DNA from: Escherichia coli
GTDB taxonomy: Bacteria; Pseudomonadota; Gammaproteobacteria; Enterobacterales; Enterobacteriaceae
Assembly (NCBI RefSeq): GCF_011045215.1
Contig: NZ_CP049201.1
Length of the DNA stretch: 64,000 nt
Direction: 5' to 3' (one strand)
A model generated the notes under the pieces. The model saw only the letters and a list, made by a program, of their open reading frames with translations, did no database searches and was not told the DNA's origin. Made by a program: the position numbers and the translations under genes. Below, in pieces: positions 19,358-27,811 of this stretch. Position 1 is the stretch's first letter. The number at the start of each line of letters is the position of its first letter.

Positions 19358-19921
19358 ATGTTGAGTAAAAAATTGTTATTGGTTTGTGTTTCATGCCTGG
19401 CGTTAACTGCCTGTTCTGTTGATGAAATTGCTTCGGTTAACAAGCAAATTAGTGATGGTGCTTTTGCTTTAACGGGGGCATTGCGTGGAAACTCATCGTC
19501 TGCGGATTCAAATGGAATGCCGGTTTTAAGTCAGGCGCAAAAACCGGCGACAAAATCCAGAACGCAGGAATATTCAGTACCCGTTGATGTTGATACAGCT
19601 GCTGCTCGCCTTAAACGTTATTACGAGTTTATATCTTTCGATGAAATTGAAGCTATCCGCAAAAAAAACACCAGTGGGGAATGGGCGGCATCAGCAATAC
19701 TTGAACAGAACCCTGTATGGGAGGTTATGCCCGGTAGTTATTATAAAATGGGTCAAAACTGGGACGATTATGATCATCTGACTATTGAAGTGGAAAAGAA
19801 TGGGGCGGGAAGTAAATTATATATTACGTTTAAATCGCCATCGGATAAAAGACTGAATAGTGAAAGTCTCAGGAAACTGATGTTGAATATTAAAGATGTT
19901 GCTGAAGGGAAAATTCGTTAA
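19358..19921 (+). CDS. Lipoprotein of unknown function (187 aa)
   Basis: RBS AGGAGG 8 nt upstream; lipobox LTAC at the end of the signal peptide; AT-rich gene. Confidence 0.6.
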   Translation: MLSKKLLLVCVSCLALTACSVDEIASVNKQISDGAFALTGALRGNSSSADSNGMPVLSQAQKPATKSRTQEYSVPVDVDTAAARLKRYYEFISFDEIEAIRKKNTSGEWAASAILEQNPVWEVMPGSYYKMGQNWDDYDHLTIEVEKNGAGSKLYITFKSPSDKRLNSESLRKLMLNIKDVAEGKIR

Positions 19922-19941
19922 TTGATGATGAGATCGTGTTT

Positions 19942-20070
19942 ATGTTAAAGAAAATTGTGCTCGGATTGTTAATTGTTGCGCTGGTCGCTTTTTCTTTTGA
20001 TTTTGGTCGGCGGTGGGAGCTGTCTAAAACAGCAGAATATTGTTCTTCAATTGGCAAAAAAAATATCTGA
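19942..20070 (+). CDS. Possible small hydrophobic peptide (42 aa)
   Basis: Short ORF MLKKIVLGLLIVALVAFSFDFGRRWELSKTAEYCSSIGKKNI, below the ORF-track cutoff; coding status uncertain. Confidence 0.25.
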   Translation: MLKKIVLGLLIVALVAFSFDFGRRWELSKTAEYCSSIGKKNI

Positions 20071-20127
20071 TGCTGGTCCCGCATATTGCGTCGAAAAGTA
20101 ATCTGTAAATGGAGATGGTTTGATTTT

Positions 20128-20772
20128 ATGGACTATATTGTTATTTTCGTAGTAGGTTTTTTTATCGGTCTTGTATATGGTAGCGGTAAAAAATATGTAA
20201 AAGATAAACATGTGAGTTATTACCGTGAAAATCGTAATAACGATTTCCAGAAAGCAAATAGTAATATTGAAAAATATGAAAGAGATAATAAGGTATACAG
20301 AAATCCCCGCTGGGAGGGAAAAGATGAAATATTCTGGGGGATGATGAATTCGCAAATTTGCCTTGAAAGAAAACGTGGGCCATATTTATGCACTGATCCT
20401 GAAAATAAGTATTTGTTGAAATTAACTGAGTGGTTTGGTGACATTTGTTACATAAATTGTCAGGTGTCTTTAGGGCAATTGGTTGATTTTAAGGCTAAAA
20501 ATAATAAGCAATTTACTGAGGAGGAAAGAAGGCGGTTTTTTAGTATCTATGCTTCGATGGCAATGGATTATGTACTTGTGTACAAAAAAACAAAAAGAAT
20601 TGTTTGTGTCATAGAGCTTAATGATGGTTCACATAATAAAGAGGAACGAATCGAACGAGACAGAAAAGTTGCTGAGTTATTGAAACGTTGCGATATTTCA
20701 TTTCTCCCGGTGTCTATTGATAAAATGGATATTAAACCCGACATATGGAAAGACAGGGGAAATAGAGAATAA
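20128..20772 (+). CDS. Membrane-anchored protein with a Vsr/DUF559/DUF2726-like endonuclease-fold domain
   Basis: N-terminal TM helix (MDYIVIFVVGFFIGLVYG); C-terminal motifs LVDF ... VCVIELNDGSH ... RDRKVAELLKRCDISFL match the recalled VDF / IE(V)DG..H / D..R...L pattern of that fold. Very AT-rich. Confidence 0.5.
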   Translation: MDYIVIFVVGFFIGLVYGSGKKYVKDKHVSYYRENRNNDFQKANSNIEKYERDNKVYRNPRWEGKDEIFWGMMNSQICLERKRGPYLCTDPENKYLLKLTEWFGDICYINCQVSLGQLVDFKAKNNKQFTEEERRRFFSIYASMAMDYVLVYKKTKRIVCVIELNDGSHNKEERIERDRKVAELLKRCDISFLPVSIDKMDIKPDIWKDRGNRE

Positions 20773-20917
20773 ATAATTAATTTGTATCTACAGAATATTA
20801 ATGCTCAGGCTGGTTAACCCCGGCCTTTTTATTTTATATACAGACGTTCCTGTGAGACTATTGACATATAAAAGCCCGTCTTGCTAATCTTTTCCCGCTT
20901 TAATGTCGCTGTATGCG

Positions 20918-21102
20918 ACCATCCAAATCCCCAGTAGTCTGAGAGGGGAGCCTTCGGGCGGCTACCAGCCAATGCTTTAACGATCTGAGAGAAGCGCCTT
21001 CGGGTGATCGTAATGTTCTCGTAGCCTGGAAGAGAACGCCTTACGTGGCGGTACATCCGTTTAACCTCTGGGAACGGATATCACGGAACCGTGATTGAGG
21101 TC
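20918..21102 (+). repeat. Copy A of a ~185-bp structured direct repeat (four predicted hairpins, two with CUUCGG loops)
   Basis: Seen directly: about 88% identical to 23232..23416; contains GAGCC-UUCG-GGC and GCGCC-UUCG-GGUG hairpins plus a 7-bp stem ATCCGTT/AACGGAT. Confidence 0.8.
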
Positions 21103-21232
21103 GTGCTGGCCTGAGGCCAGTTGTTCTATGCAGGCATCCTGCAGATGCCATGATTCTTTACTTACAGGCTTATCACGCCTGCATATCAATACGTTAAGTC
21201 TTTCAGAGACATGTCTGAACGAACTGACGTCT

Positions 21233-21517
21233 TTAATCTGTTCGGGCATTCGCCCCGGGCTTCTTACGACTGTACGCACTGCATAAGGCCATCTGAAATC
21301 TGGCCGCTTGCGTGCGTATGTGGAGTTTGAAGCTGCGCGGCGTCACTTTTGTCGGCGTGTAACGATGACAAAGTGACGCATGCGCGTCTGCTTTACGAAC
21401 CCGCACAAACCGTCGCGTCACGGGATGTTTTTTAACATTTGAAGAAGTGACCAGACGTGAGAGTGTTTTTTCAACCTTCTCTGCAAACGTACAGACGATA
21501 CCGTGAATAACGTTCAT
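21233..21517 (-). CDS. Hypothetical ORF (94 aa), possibly a gene remnant
   Basis: ORF between repeat A and the recombinase; overlaps a second ORF (21061..21279) in another frame, which could indicate a frameshifted pseudogene. Confidence 0.2.
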   Translation of the reverse strand: MNVIHGIVCTFAEKVEKTLSRLVTSSNVKKHPVTRRFVRVRKADAHASLCHRYTPTKVTPRSFKLHIRTQAARFQMALCSAYSRKKPGANARTD

Positions 21518-21762
21518 CGACCGTTCTTCTTGCAGAATTTTATTGTTTTTTAAGGAGTTTTATGTAGTGAGATGCCGAACCGGCGATACCACTTATTAGG
21601 GGTGGTATCGGGGGCGACCTGGAAACAGGTACAGCGAATGCTGCAGTCGGTGTGCAACACCGGTTTGTTACCCCTCAATACCTAAACAGTCTGCGCTACC
21701 CTGGCGCTCAGGCACTCATTACCCGAAGGATCGCAACGCTTAACCGTGTCGCCAGGGAGAAT

Positions 21763-21824
21763 GCAGATGAATTTTGCTGTTGTGTTCACGGCACAACAGC
21801 AAAATTCATCTGCTGTACGTACAG
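21763..21824. promoter_or_regulatory. 22-bp perfect inverted repeat (7-nt spacer) followed by the 12-bp palindrome CTGTACGTACAG, upstream of the recombinase gene
   Basis: Seen directly: GCAGATGAATTTTGCTGTTGTG-TTCACGG-CACAACAGCAAAATTCATCTGC at 21763-21813; the RBS GAGGAGG and GTG start follow about 35 bp later. Confidence 0.6.
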
Positions 21825-21850
21825 CTGTTTAAGACAAAGAGGAGGTATCT

Positions 21851-22753
21851 GTGTCCAGACGTGAAAAATTACTGAAACAGGATTTGGTTGCTCATATCCG
21901 GAAAGACCGGGGGAGTTTCAAGAAGCTGAGTGACTATTCCCGGATCATGCACCGGTTTGCGGAAAGACTGGCTAAACTGAATATACAGATCAGTTCTGCT
22001 GCGCAGGTAAAAGTGCGGCATATTGAATTATATATGAACAGCAGGAGTGATGTTTCAAAGCGAACCAGAGAAAATGAAATGTCTGCAATACGGGTTATGT
22101 TACGTCAGGCCGGTAAACATAAAATGGCAGATCCTGAACATCCCCGTCTCAGCAATAAGGCGTTAGGTATTTCAGGAGGAAGCCGTAAAGGGACAAAGAA
22201 ATTAATTACGGATGAGCGTTTCCGGGAAATTCTTCAGCGCGTGGAAGCAAAAGATAAAGGGGTGGCAGCTGTTGTTAAACTGTCACGTTATCTCGGTCTG
22301 AGAAATGAAGAAGCTGTCCAGTCGGCCAAATCGTTACGGACGTGGAAAAAAGCGTTACAACGGGGAGATGAAAAAATAAGGGTGATTTTTGGTACGAAAG
22401 GGGGACGGGAAAGAATGACGACGGTTGTTGACCGGGATAAAGTTCTTGATGCTGTTAATTACGCACTCAAATATGCCAGTGAGCATAATGAACGTCTGAT
22501 AGACAGAGATAATCTTAAGTCGGCAATGGATTATTATCTTAATACGTTACGACGTTATGGAGAACTGAAAGGCGGAGATGAAACCGCACACAGTTTTCGG
22601 TACAGTTACGCCGCAAGTGCCATGAAATATCATATTATGAATGGTTACAGTTATAAGGAGGCACTTGCACTGACATCAATTGATCTTGGTCATGGTGATG
22701 GCAGAGGTCGATATATTGAACAGGTTTATTGTCAGTTATTAGGCTATGAGTAA
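21851..22753 (+). CDS. Tyrosine site-specific recombinase (phage-integrase family), 300 aa
   Basis: GTG start after RBS GAGGAGG; C-terminal catalytic-like motifs AHSFRYSYAA (H-x-x-R), LGHGDGRG and RYIEQVY (candidate nucleophilic Tyr). Confidence 0.75.
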   Translation: MSRREKLLKQDLVAHIRKDRGSFKKLSDYSRIMHRFAERLAKLNIQISSAAQVKVRHIELYMNSRSDVSKRTRENEMSAIRVMLRQAGKHKMADPEHPRLSNKALGISGGSRKGTKKLITDERFREILQRVEAKDKGVAAVVKLSRYLGLRNEEAVQSAKSLRTWKKALQRGDEKIRVIFGTKGGRERMTTVVDRDKVLDAVNYALKYASEHNERLIDRDNLKSAMDYYLNTLRRYGELKGGDETAHSFRYSYAASAMKYHIMNGYSYKEALALTSIDLGHGDGRGRYIEQVYCQLLGYE

Positions 22754-22785
22754 TAATTTATATCGATTTTGTGTGGGTAAATATC

Positions 22786-23109
22786 ATGGATTGTACTATT
22801 TTAATGAAAATAATCTCTGTAAAGGAGATTACAAAAGATTCGCCTTTGTGGTCACACTACCTGGTGCGATATATTGATTCCGGATATCAGGCTGAGTTTG
22901 AATGTGAAGGAACAGCAGATAAATGGGGCATCTATGATGAATGGGACATCTGTGAGTCGATTGCGGATTATTTTGACGTGGTGGGAGATTTTGACTGTGA
23001 TGTCAGACGGACGGGAAGAATAATACTGATGAAAGGTACCTGTGTTTTTCCTCCAGGAGAACCGGTTAAGGGAACACATAATATTCCTTTTTGGATCGAT
23101 GTTGAATAG
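22786..23109 (+). CDS. Hypothetical acidic protein (about 107 aa) downstream of the recombinase
   Basis: ORF 18 bp after the recombinase stop; Asp/Glu- and Cys-rich; no recognised motif. Start could be the GTG at 22771. Confidence 0.4.
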   Translation: MDCTILMKIISVKEITKDSPLWSHYLVRYIDSGYQAEFECEGTADKWGIYDEWDICESIADYFDVVGDFDCDVRRTGRIILMKGTCVFPPGEPVKGTHNIPFWIDVE

Positions 23110-23155
23110 CTTGACATCCATCTTTTGTGCCTTAAAAATATACAGGCTAACTTTG

Positions 23156-23416
23156 TTACCTTCGGGTGACCATCCAATGTTTCGGTAGTCTGAGAGAAAC
23201 GCCTTCGGGTGACTACAGTTATCTTCGGATAACCATCCAAATCCCCGGTAGTCTGAGAGGGGAGCCTTCGGGCGACTACCAGCCAATGCTTTGACGATCT
23301 GAGAAAAGCGCCTTCGGGTGATCGTAATGTCTCCGTAGCCTGAAAGGGGACGCCTTAGAGGGTGGTACATCCGTTTAACCTCTGGAAACGGATATCACGG
23401 AACAGTGATCGAGGTC
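23156..23416 (+). repeat. Copy B of the ~185-bp structured direct repeat (23232..23416) plus an extra partial unit (23156..23231)
   Basis: Seen directly: aligns with 20918..21102 over its full length with scattered substitutions; the upstream partial duplication repeats the CCATCCAA...GGTAGTCTGAGAG...GCCTTCGGGTG unit. Confidence 0.8.
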
Positions 23417-23488
23417 TTTTATACTTAACCCGTGCGGGAGATACATTCCCGTATGGTGATTGTATCTCCGGTTTTACTGTGGAGGTAC

Positions 23489-23839
23489 ATGATGCCGTTA
23501 TCTTCTTTTGTTCAGGAGTTGCTGGCTCCCTGGTATTCTTTTCGTTCTGTCTGTTGGCGCATTTTTGTGGCTTTTCCGCAACTGCGGGCAACTGTATTGC
23601 GTACCCGCTGGTATCTGTCGTTGACAGGACAACGAGAATATTGCCCCAATGTCTGGTTTGATGGCAGTGTGTACCATTGTGCTGTGTTGGTGCGGGAGTG
23701 TCATGATGCCCGTAAATCAGTACCAAAGGTGCAGTACTATATCCCTGGATACTTTTCTTCATATCGTTCAGCATACCGGACAGCCAGGAGAACGGCGATT
23801 GCGCTGGCGACGATAAAAGTGTCGTGCAGGGCTGTCTGA
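23489..23839 (+). CDS. Hypothetical protein (116 aa)
   Basis: RBS GGAGG upstream of two adjacent ATGs; first gene of a co-oriented block. Confidence 0.4.
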   Translation: MMPLSSFVQELLAPWYSFRSVCWRIFVAFPQLRATVLRTRWYLSLTGQREYCPNVWFDGSVYHCAVLVRECHDARKSVPKVQYYIPGYFSSYRSAYRTARRTAIALATIKVSCRAV

Positions 23840-23948
23840 TTCATTATTACCGAACCGGAGCATCAGCGTTGTTGTGATGCCTCCATCCCCTGACGGGTGT
23901 TTTTGTCCGTCGGGGCGAAGACTCCCGTTTCTTTTTACAGGAGTCTTT

Positions 23949-24323
23949 ATGTCAACGTTTATTTTGTGCCCTGAACCGGGCATCTCTTCTTTTTTCCGGC
24001 GAATGACGGCTCAGTTGCGGGTGTTTTTTTCACGCAATAACCTGTCATATTACAGTCGCTGGTACACCAATCCGGCCGGCAATCTGAGTGTGCGGGTCTG
24101 TATGTTTCGTCGTGGCGGTGTCTGGACACCCTGTCTGTATTACCGGCAGGGAATGCACCGCAACGCGTACACAGGCTGGTATCAGCCGTTACCGCGTGAG
24201 GTCATTTGTCTGAACCGGTTTACCGGGCGGATATCCCGTCGCAGGACCTGGCATGCTGCCTGCCGTATGGCGGAACAACTGACCACCCTGCGTTACCGGT
24301 TTGGTCTGCAGGCTGATGGATGA
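23949..24323 (+). CDS. Hypothetical basic, Arg/Tyr/Trp-rich protein (124 aa)
   Basis: RBS AGGAG upstream of ATG 23949; start adjusted from the ORF track. Confidence 0.45.
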   Translation: MSTFILCPEPGISSFFRRMTAQLRVFFSRNNLSYYSRWYTNPAGNLSVRVCMFRRGGVWTPCLYYRQGMHRNAYTGWYQPLPREVICLNRFTGRISRRRTWHAACRMAEQLTTLRYRFGLQADG

Positions 24324-24427
24324 AAGCGTCGTACAGCCCTGCTGATTTATCATTTATTACCCTGTCGGGAACACGCTTCCCGCAGGGGAGATGTGTTCCC
24401 GTGATTTTTTGTCTCTGAGGTGAACAC

Positions 24428-24907
24428 ATGAATAGTCTGTTAATACTCCTTTACGTTGTTGTATGGCGTGTCTGCACCATTCTTCGGGTAATCACACCAG
24501 TGTCGGCTGTCCGTGCGTGGTGTGAGTATCAACTGGAAGGTATGACGATACTTCGTGATGCGTACAGCTCGCTGGCAAAGGCGGCTGGAATGCAGAATGA
24601 AGCATTTGAATATCTTAAAGGTATTGCACGTCATCTGGGCTACGAAAGCGGTGGTGACCAGCTGAAATCAGGACTTTTCCGGCCGTTTCTGTGGCATATA
24701 CGTGCGAAAGGCCACAGGCTGGGGGCTGTCATGGAGATGGAGGTATGGAAGACATGGAAGAACGGCTGTAACGATGTCTGCAATCCATGGAAGGATATCT
24801 ACAATCCATGGGAGCGTGGATGGAACGATGGCTGGACTGAATGTCTGAATCAACGTGTAGCCGGCATCCTGAAGCAGGCCTGTGTTGACTTTTCCGACGC
24901 AGACTGA
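24428..24907 (+). CDS. Hypothetical protein (159 aa) with hydrophobic N-terminus and Trp-rich C-terminus
   Basis: ORF in the co-oriented block; RBS GAGG upstream. Confidence 0.5.
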   Translation: MNSLLILLYVVVWRVCTILRVITPVSAVRAWCEYQLEGMTILRDAYSSLAKAAGMQNEAFEYLKGIARHLGYESGGDQLKSGLFRPFLWHIRAKGHRLGAVMEMEVWKTWKNGCNDVCNPWKDIYNPWERGWNDGWTECLNQRVAGILKQACVDFSDAD

Positions 24908-25012
24908 AGGGTTTTTCTTTTACTTACTGCACCGTGTGTCTGCGCCGGTGCTTTCCCTGGCGGGAGTTTTGTTCCGTCAGGGACAGGACTTCCTGAACAG
25001 ACGGAGGTCATT

Positions 25013-25390
25013 ATGTATTCACCCTTACTTGTTCATTATTCAGCACTGCAGACGCAGTCTGCTCTGCTGGCGCATATCAGCCAGCTGGAAGGTGAGCTGA
25101 TGCGGTTACGCGCCTGGCAACGGCTGGGGATTACTCCGGAGCCGGATGATGAGACGGAGCCTTCACTGGTATACGTGCAACTGTGGGATACCGGTGAGGC
25201 GCTGGGCTGGCTGCTGTATGACCTGGAGCAGGAGAACATTCCTGCTCCGGGAGTTCAGGCCCGTCAGGCGCTTGACAGTCTGATGGCGCTGGGGCGTGAA
25301 ATTAATCATGAAATCTGGACTGACAGTATCAGTACCGGAAAGCTGACGGCCGGGGCGGATGCCTGTTTTGCCCGCCACGACATGATGTAG
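25013..25390 (+). CDS. Hypothetical protein (125 aa)
   Basis: RBS GGAGG 6-8 nt upstream; same orientation as neighbours. Confidence 0.5.
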   Translation: MYSPLLVHYSALQTQSALLAHISQLEGELMRLRAWQRLGITPEPDDETEPSLVYVQLWDTGEALGWLLYDLEQENIPAPGVQARQALDSLMALGREINHEIWTDSISTGKLTAGADACFARHDMM

Positions 25391-25477
25391 TTAATAACCT
25401 GACCCTGACGGGGCGTGCTCTCCGTCAGGAAGGCATTCCCCGTAGTTTATTTTTAATCTGACCATGAGGAATGTTCC

Positions 25478-26107
25478 ATGTCTGAATTATCTTCACGTCC
25501 GGCCCGTGAGCCGGTGGTATATACCCTTGAGCAGGTTGCCACAATACCGGAAAAGCAGTGGCATGCTTTTGTTCTGGCCGTAACTGAAACCTTCTGGCAG
25601 TTGCCGGAGGCGTTACGGCCGCAGAATGCGTATTTCGGCTCCCTGACCCGGGCATCTGAGTTGTTTCCGGTAACGGATACACTGGCGTTTTACAGCCGGT
25701 CTGCAGACGGGTTGTGGTCGGTGAATGTCACCATTGAACGGGAACATCGTCAGAACATTCTGGTGCTTAAGGAGCTGAATTTCGGACGCCAGCCGGGGGA
25801 TTTCTTTGCCCGTACGGTGTTTGTGCTGTTGCACAATCTGTGTCCGGATTGTTTCCACATTCATTCCACTGCCGGTGGTGCCAGCTGGTCACTGCCGCTG
25901 AAATGGATAAAACGGTTCCTGGGGCATGAGAATTTTTCTGCTCCGGAGTCTGTATTAACCACCCCGGTAAGGGGAGATGCGTTTGACTGTTTACTGCTGC
26001 AGTTTCTGTCCGGTCAGGGGCGACAGTTATCCCCGGATGACTGGTCAGCGCTGGAAGAGGCTGAACATCAGCTTTACTGGCTGCGGGCACTTGCCGGTGG
26101 ACACTGA
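25478..26107 (+). CDS. Hypothetical protein (209 aa)
   Basis: RBS GAGGAATG upstream; codon usage consistent with neighbours. Confidence 0.55.
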   Translation: MSELSSRPAREPVVYTLEQVATIPEKQWHAFVLAVTETFWQLPEALRPQNAYFGSLTRASELFPVTDTLAFYSRSADGLWSVNVTIEREHRQNILVLKELNFGRQPGDFFARTVFVLLHNLCPDCFHIHSTAGGASWSLPLKWIKRFLGHENFSAPESVLTTPVRGDAFDCLLLQFLSGQGRQLSPDDWSALEEAEHQLYWLRALAGGH

Positions 26108-26229
26108 CAGAACACCGTTGTTTCTTTTCATTTACCCGGAATAACGCCATCGCGTATTCCGTCATTCATATAACCCGGCAGGGAGATATCCCTGTGGGGA
26201 GAGTCCCTGCGTTATTCAGGAGAATTGTT

Positions 26230-26613
26230 ATGGGACTCGATATTTACTTTATGGCTCGTGATAACCATCAGAATGGTGCCGTTGTGGAAACACAGGAACA
26301 TCAGGAAGTGGGGGCTTTCCGTAAGGTGATGCCGCTTCTGACATGGTTCCGTAACCATACTGGTGCTTCGGATGAGCAGCATACTTTCCCTGTAACACGC
26401 CGGTCACTGGCTGCATTATTGCGTGACCTCAGTATGCTGATGCCGGGAAACTGCCACAGCCTGTTTCCTTATGTCAGAAACTCGCGTTTACGGGGTGAAG
26501 ACTATGCTGATGATTACTGGTATGACGTGAATGACGTAAAAGCGTGGGTCAGCGATACGCTGAAGACGTTTGATTTTGAGCGTCGTTCACTGGTGATGCT
26601 GGCGTTGTGGTAA
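26230..26613 (+). CDS. Hypothetical protein (127 aa)
   Basis: RBS AGGAG 7 nt before ATG 26230; start adjusted from the ORF track. Confidence 0.5.
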   Translation: MGLDIYFMARDNHQNGAVVETQEHQEVGAFRKVMPLLTWFRNHTGASDEQHTFPVTRRSLAALLRDLSMLMPGNCHSLFPYVRNSRLRGEDYADDYWYDVNDVKAWVSDTLKTFDFERRSLVMLALW

Positions 26614-26742
26614 GTCTGAGACCGCATAATATGAACCGCTGGCGGAGGGGGTAACCTGACCGCCATTCATCCCGTGAGGGCATTGTTCCTCACGGGACAG
26701 TGCCCTCTTTTTACATCTGATACAAAAAGAGGAGCGTAAACC

Positions 26743-27690
26743 ATGTCTGAATGGTGCCAGAATCGTTTTGAAATTACCGGTAAGTCAGTCTGTCTGGATG
26801 TGCTGACGCAGTGGATTGAAGGATGTGAGATACCGCGTTACCGCCATGCCATACAGCAGAGTATACAGCTGTTTCTGGCCGGTTGTGCAGGGCTGGTGAA
26901 ACCCACCCGGACGACGCAGTATCCGCCATATCCGGCGCTGGTTCGTCACGGTACTGGGATGTCATCTCCGGCTAACCAGGCATTTGAACAGTGGCTGGGG
27001 CTGCTGGTAAAAGATGCCGTACTGGATGAAGAGACGATAAAGACCATTGACCGCCTTTATCACCAGACATGTATTGGCGCAGTCCGCTGGGGGAATCTGC
27101 CGGATAATGCCCGGGAGATAATCACCGCGTTAATGCGTTGTCAGTATTCTGACTGGTTTGGCCTGGTCGGACTGAGCGAACACATTGATGCCGGAGCCTG
27201 CTGGAGCCGGCTGTCGGATTACCCGGAGCAGGCGCAGCCCTGTGACATGCTGATGGTCATACCCTCCCGTCTGGCCACAGAGCTGAATGGTTCAGGTGGA
27301 CTGCTGCAGGGTATTTCCACCACGACCAGCCTTTACAGCCGGATATACGGTGTGGAGTGGCCATCAGGTCACAATGTCCGCTGGGTGCGTGATGAGATGA
27401 GCAGTCTGGTGCTTCTGACGGATACGCCCTGGTATCCGCCTTCAGGTGAGCTGGTTGGTGAAATCTCGAAGGTGTTCGACTGTGAGATACGGCACTGGTA
27501 CAGCGAACCTGTCCGGGGCATACAGGGTTACAACTGTTATGACGGTGGTGAACATACGGACAGTGACCCGCAGGCTGAATGGCCGGGGAGGGAAACACTT
27601 CCTCAGCCCCGGCTGTATCTGGTGGAGGAGCGCGCTGAAGAACAGACAGAAGCCGCACCTTTACCGGTTCCGCTGGCTTCAGGCCAGTAA
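26743..27690 (+). CDS. Hypothetical protein (315 aa), N-terminus MSEWCQNRFEITG
   Basis: RBS AAGAGGAG upstream. The N-terminus loosely recalls a family of island/plasmid proteins (possibly DUF1281); uncertain without a search. Confidence 0.55.
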   Translation: MSEWCQNRFEITGKSVCLDVLTQWIEGCEIPRYRHAIQQSIQLFLAGCAGLVKPTRTTQYPPYPALVRHGTGMSSPANQAFEQWLGLLVKDAVLDEETIKTIDRLYHQTCIGAVRWGNLPDNAREIITALMRCQYSDWFGLVGLSEHIDAGACWSRLSDYPEQAQPCDMLMVIPSRLATELNGSGGLLQGISTTTSLYSRIYGVEWPSGHNVRWVRDEMSSLVLLTDTPWYPPSGELVGEISKVFDCEIRHWYSEPVRGIQGYNCYDGGEHTDSDPQAEWPGRETLPQPRLYLVEERAEEQTEAAPLPVPLASGQ

Positions 27691-27811
27691 TTAACCTCAG
27701 GGTGTCACATTCGTGGCACCCGTTTTTTCCTGTCATCTTTCATTTCAGCCCGAAGGGGAACACCTGTTCCTCCCCGGGGCCATGTGTTCCCTGTTTTTTA
27801 CGGAGAAACAC

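Noticed and set aside
21813-21824. CTGTACGTACAG as a LexA (SOS) box
   Set aside because: The LexA consensus is CTGT-N8-ACAG; here the half-sites are separated by only 4 bp, so it does not fit.
20918-23416. Possible CRISPR array or retron at the repeat region
   Set aside because: Only two long (185-bp), diverged repeat copies about 2.3 kb apart, with no short regular repeat-spacer periodicity; the intervening protein is a tyrosine recombinase with no reverse-transcriptase motif.
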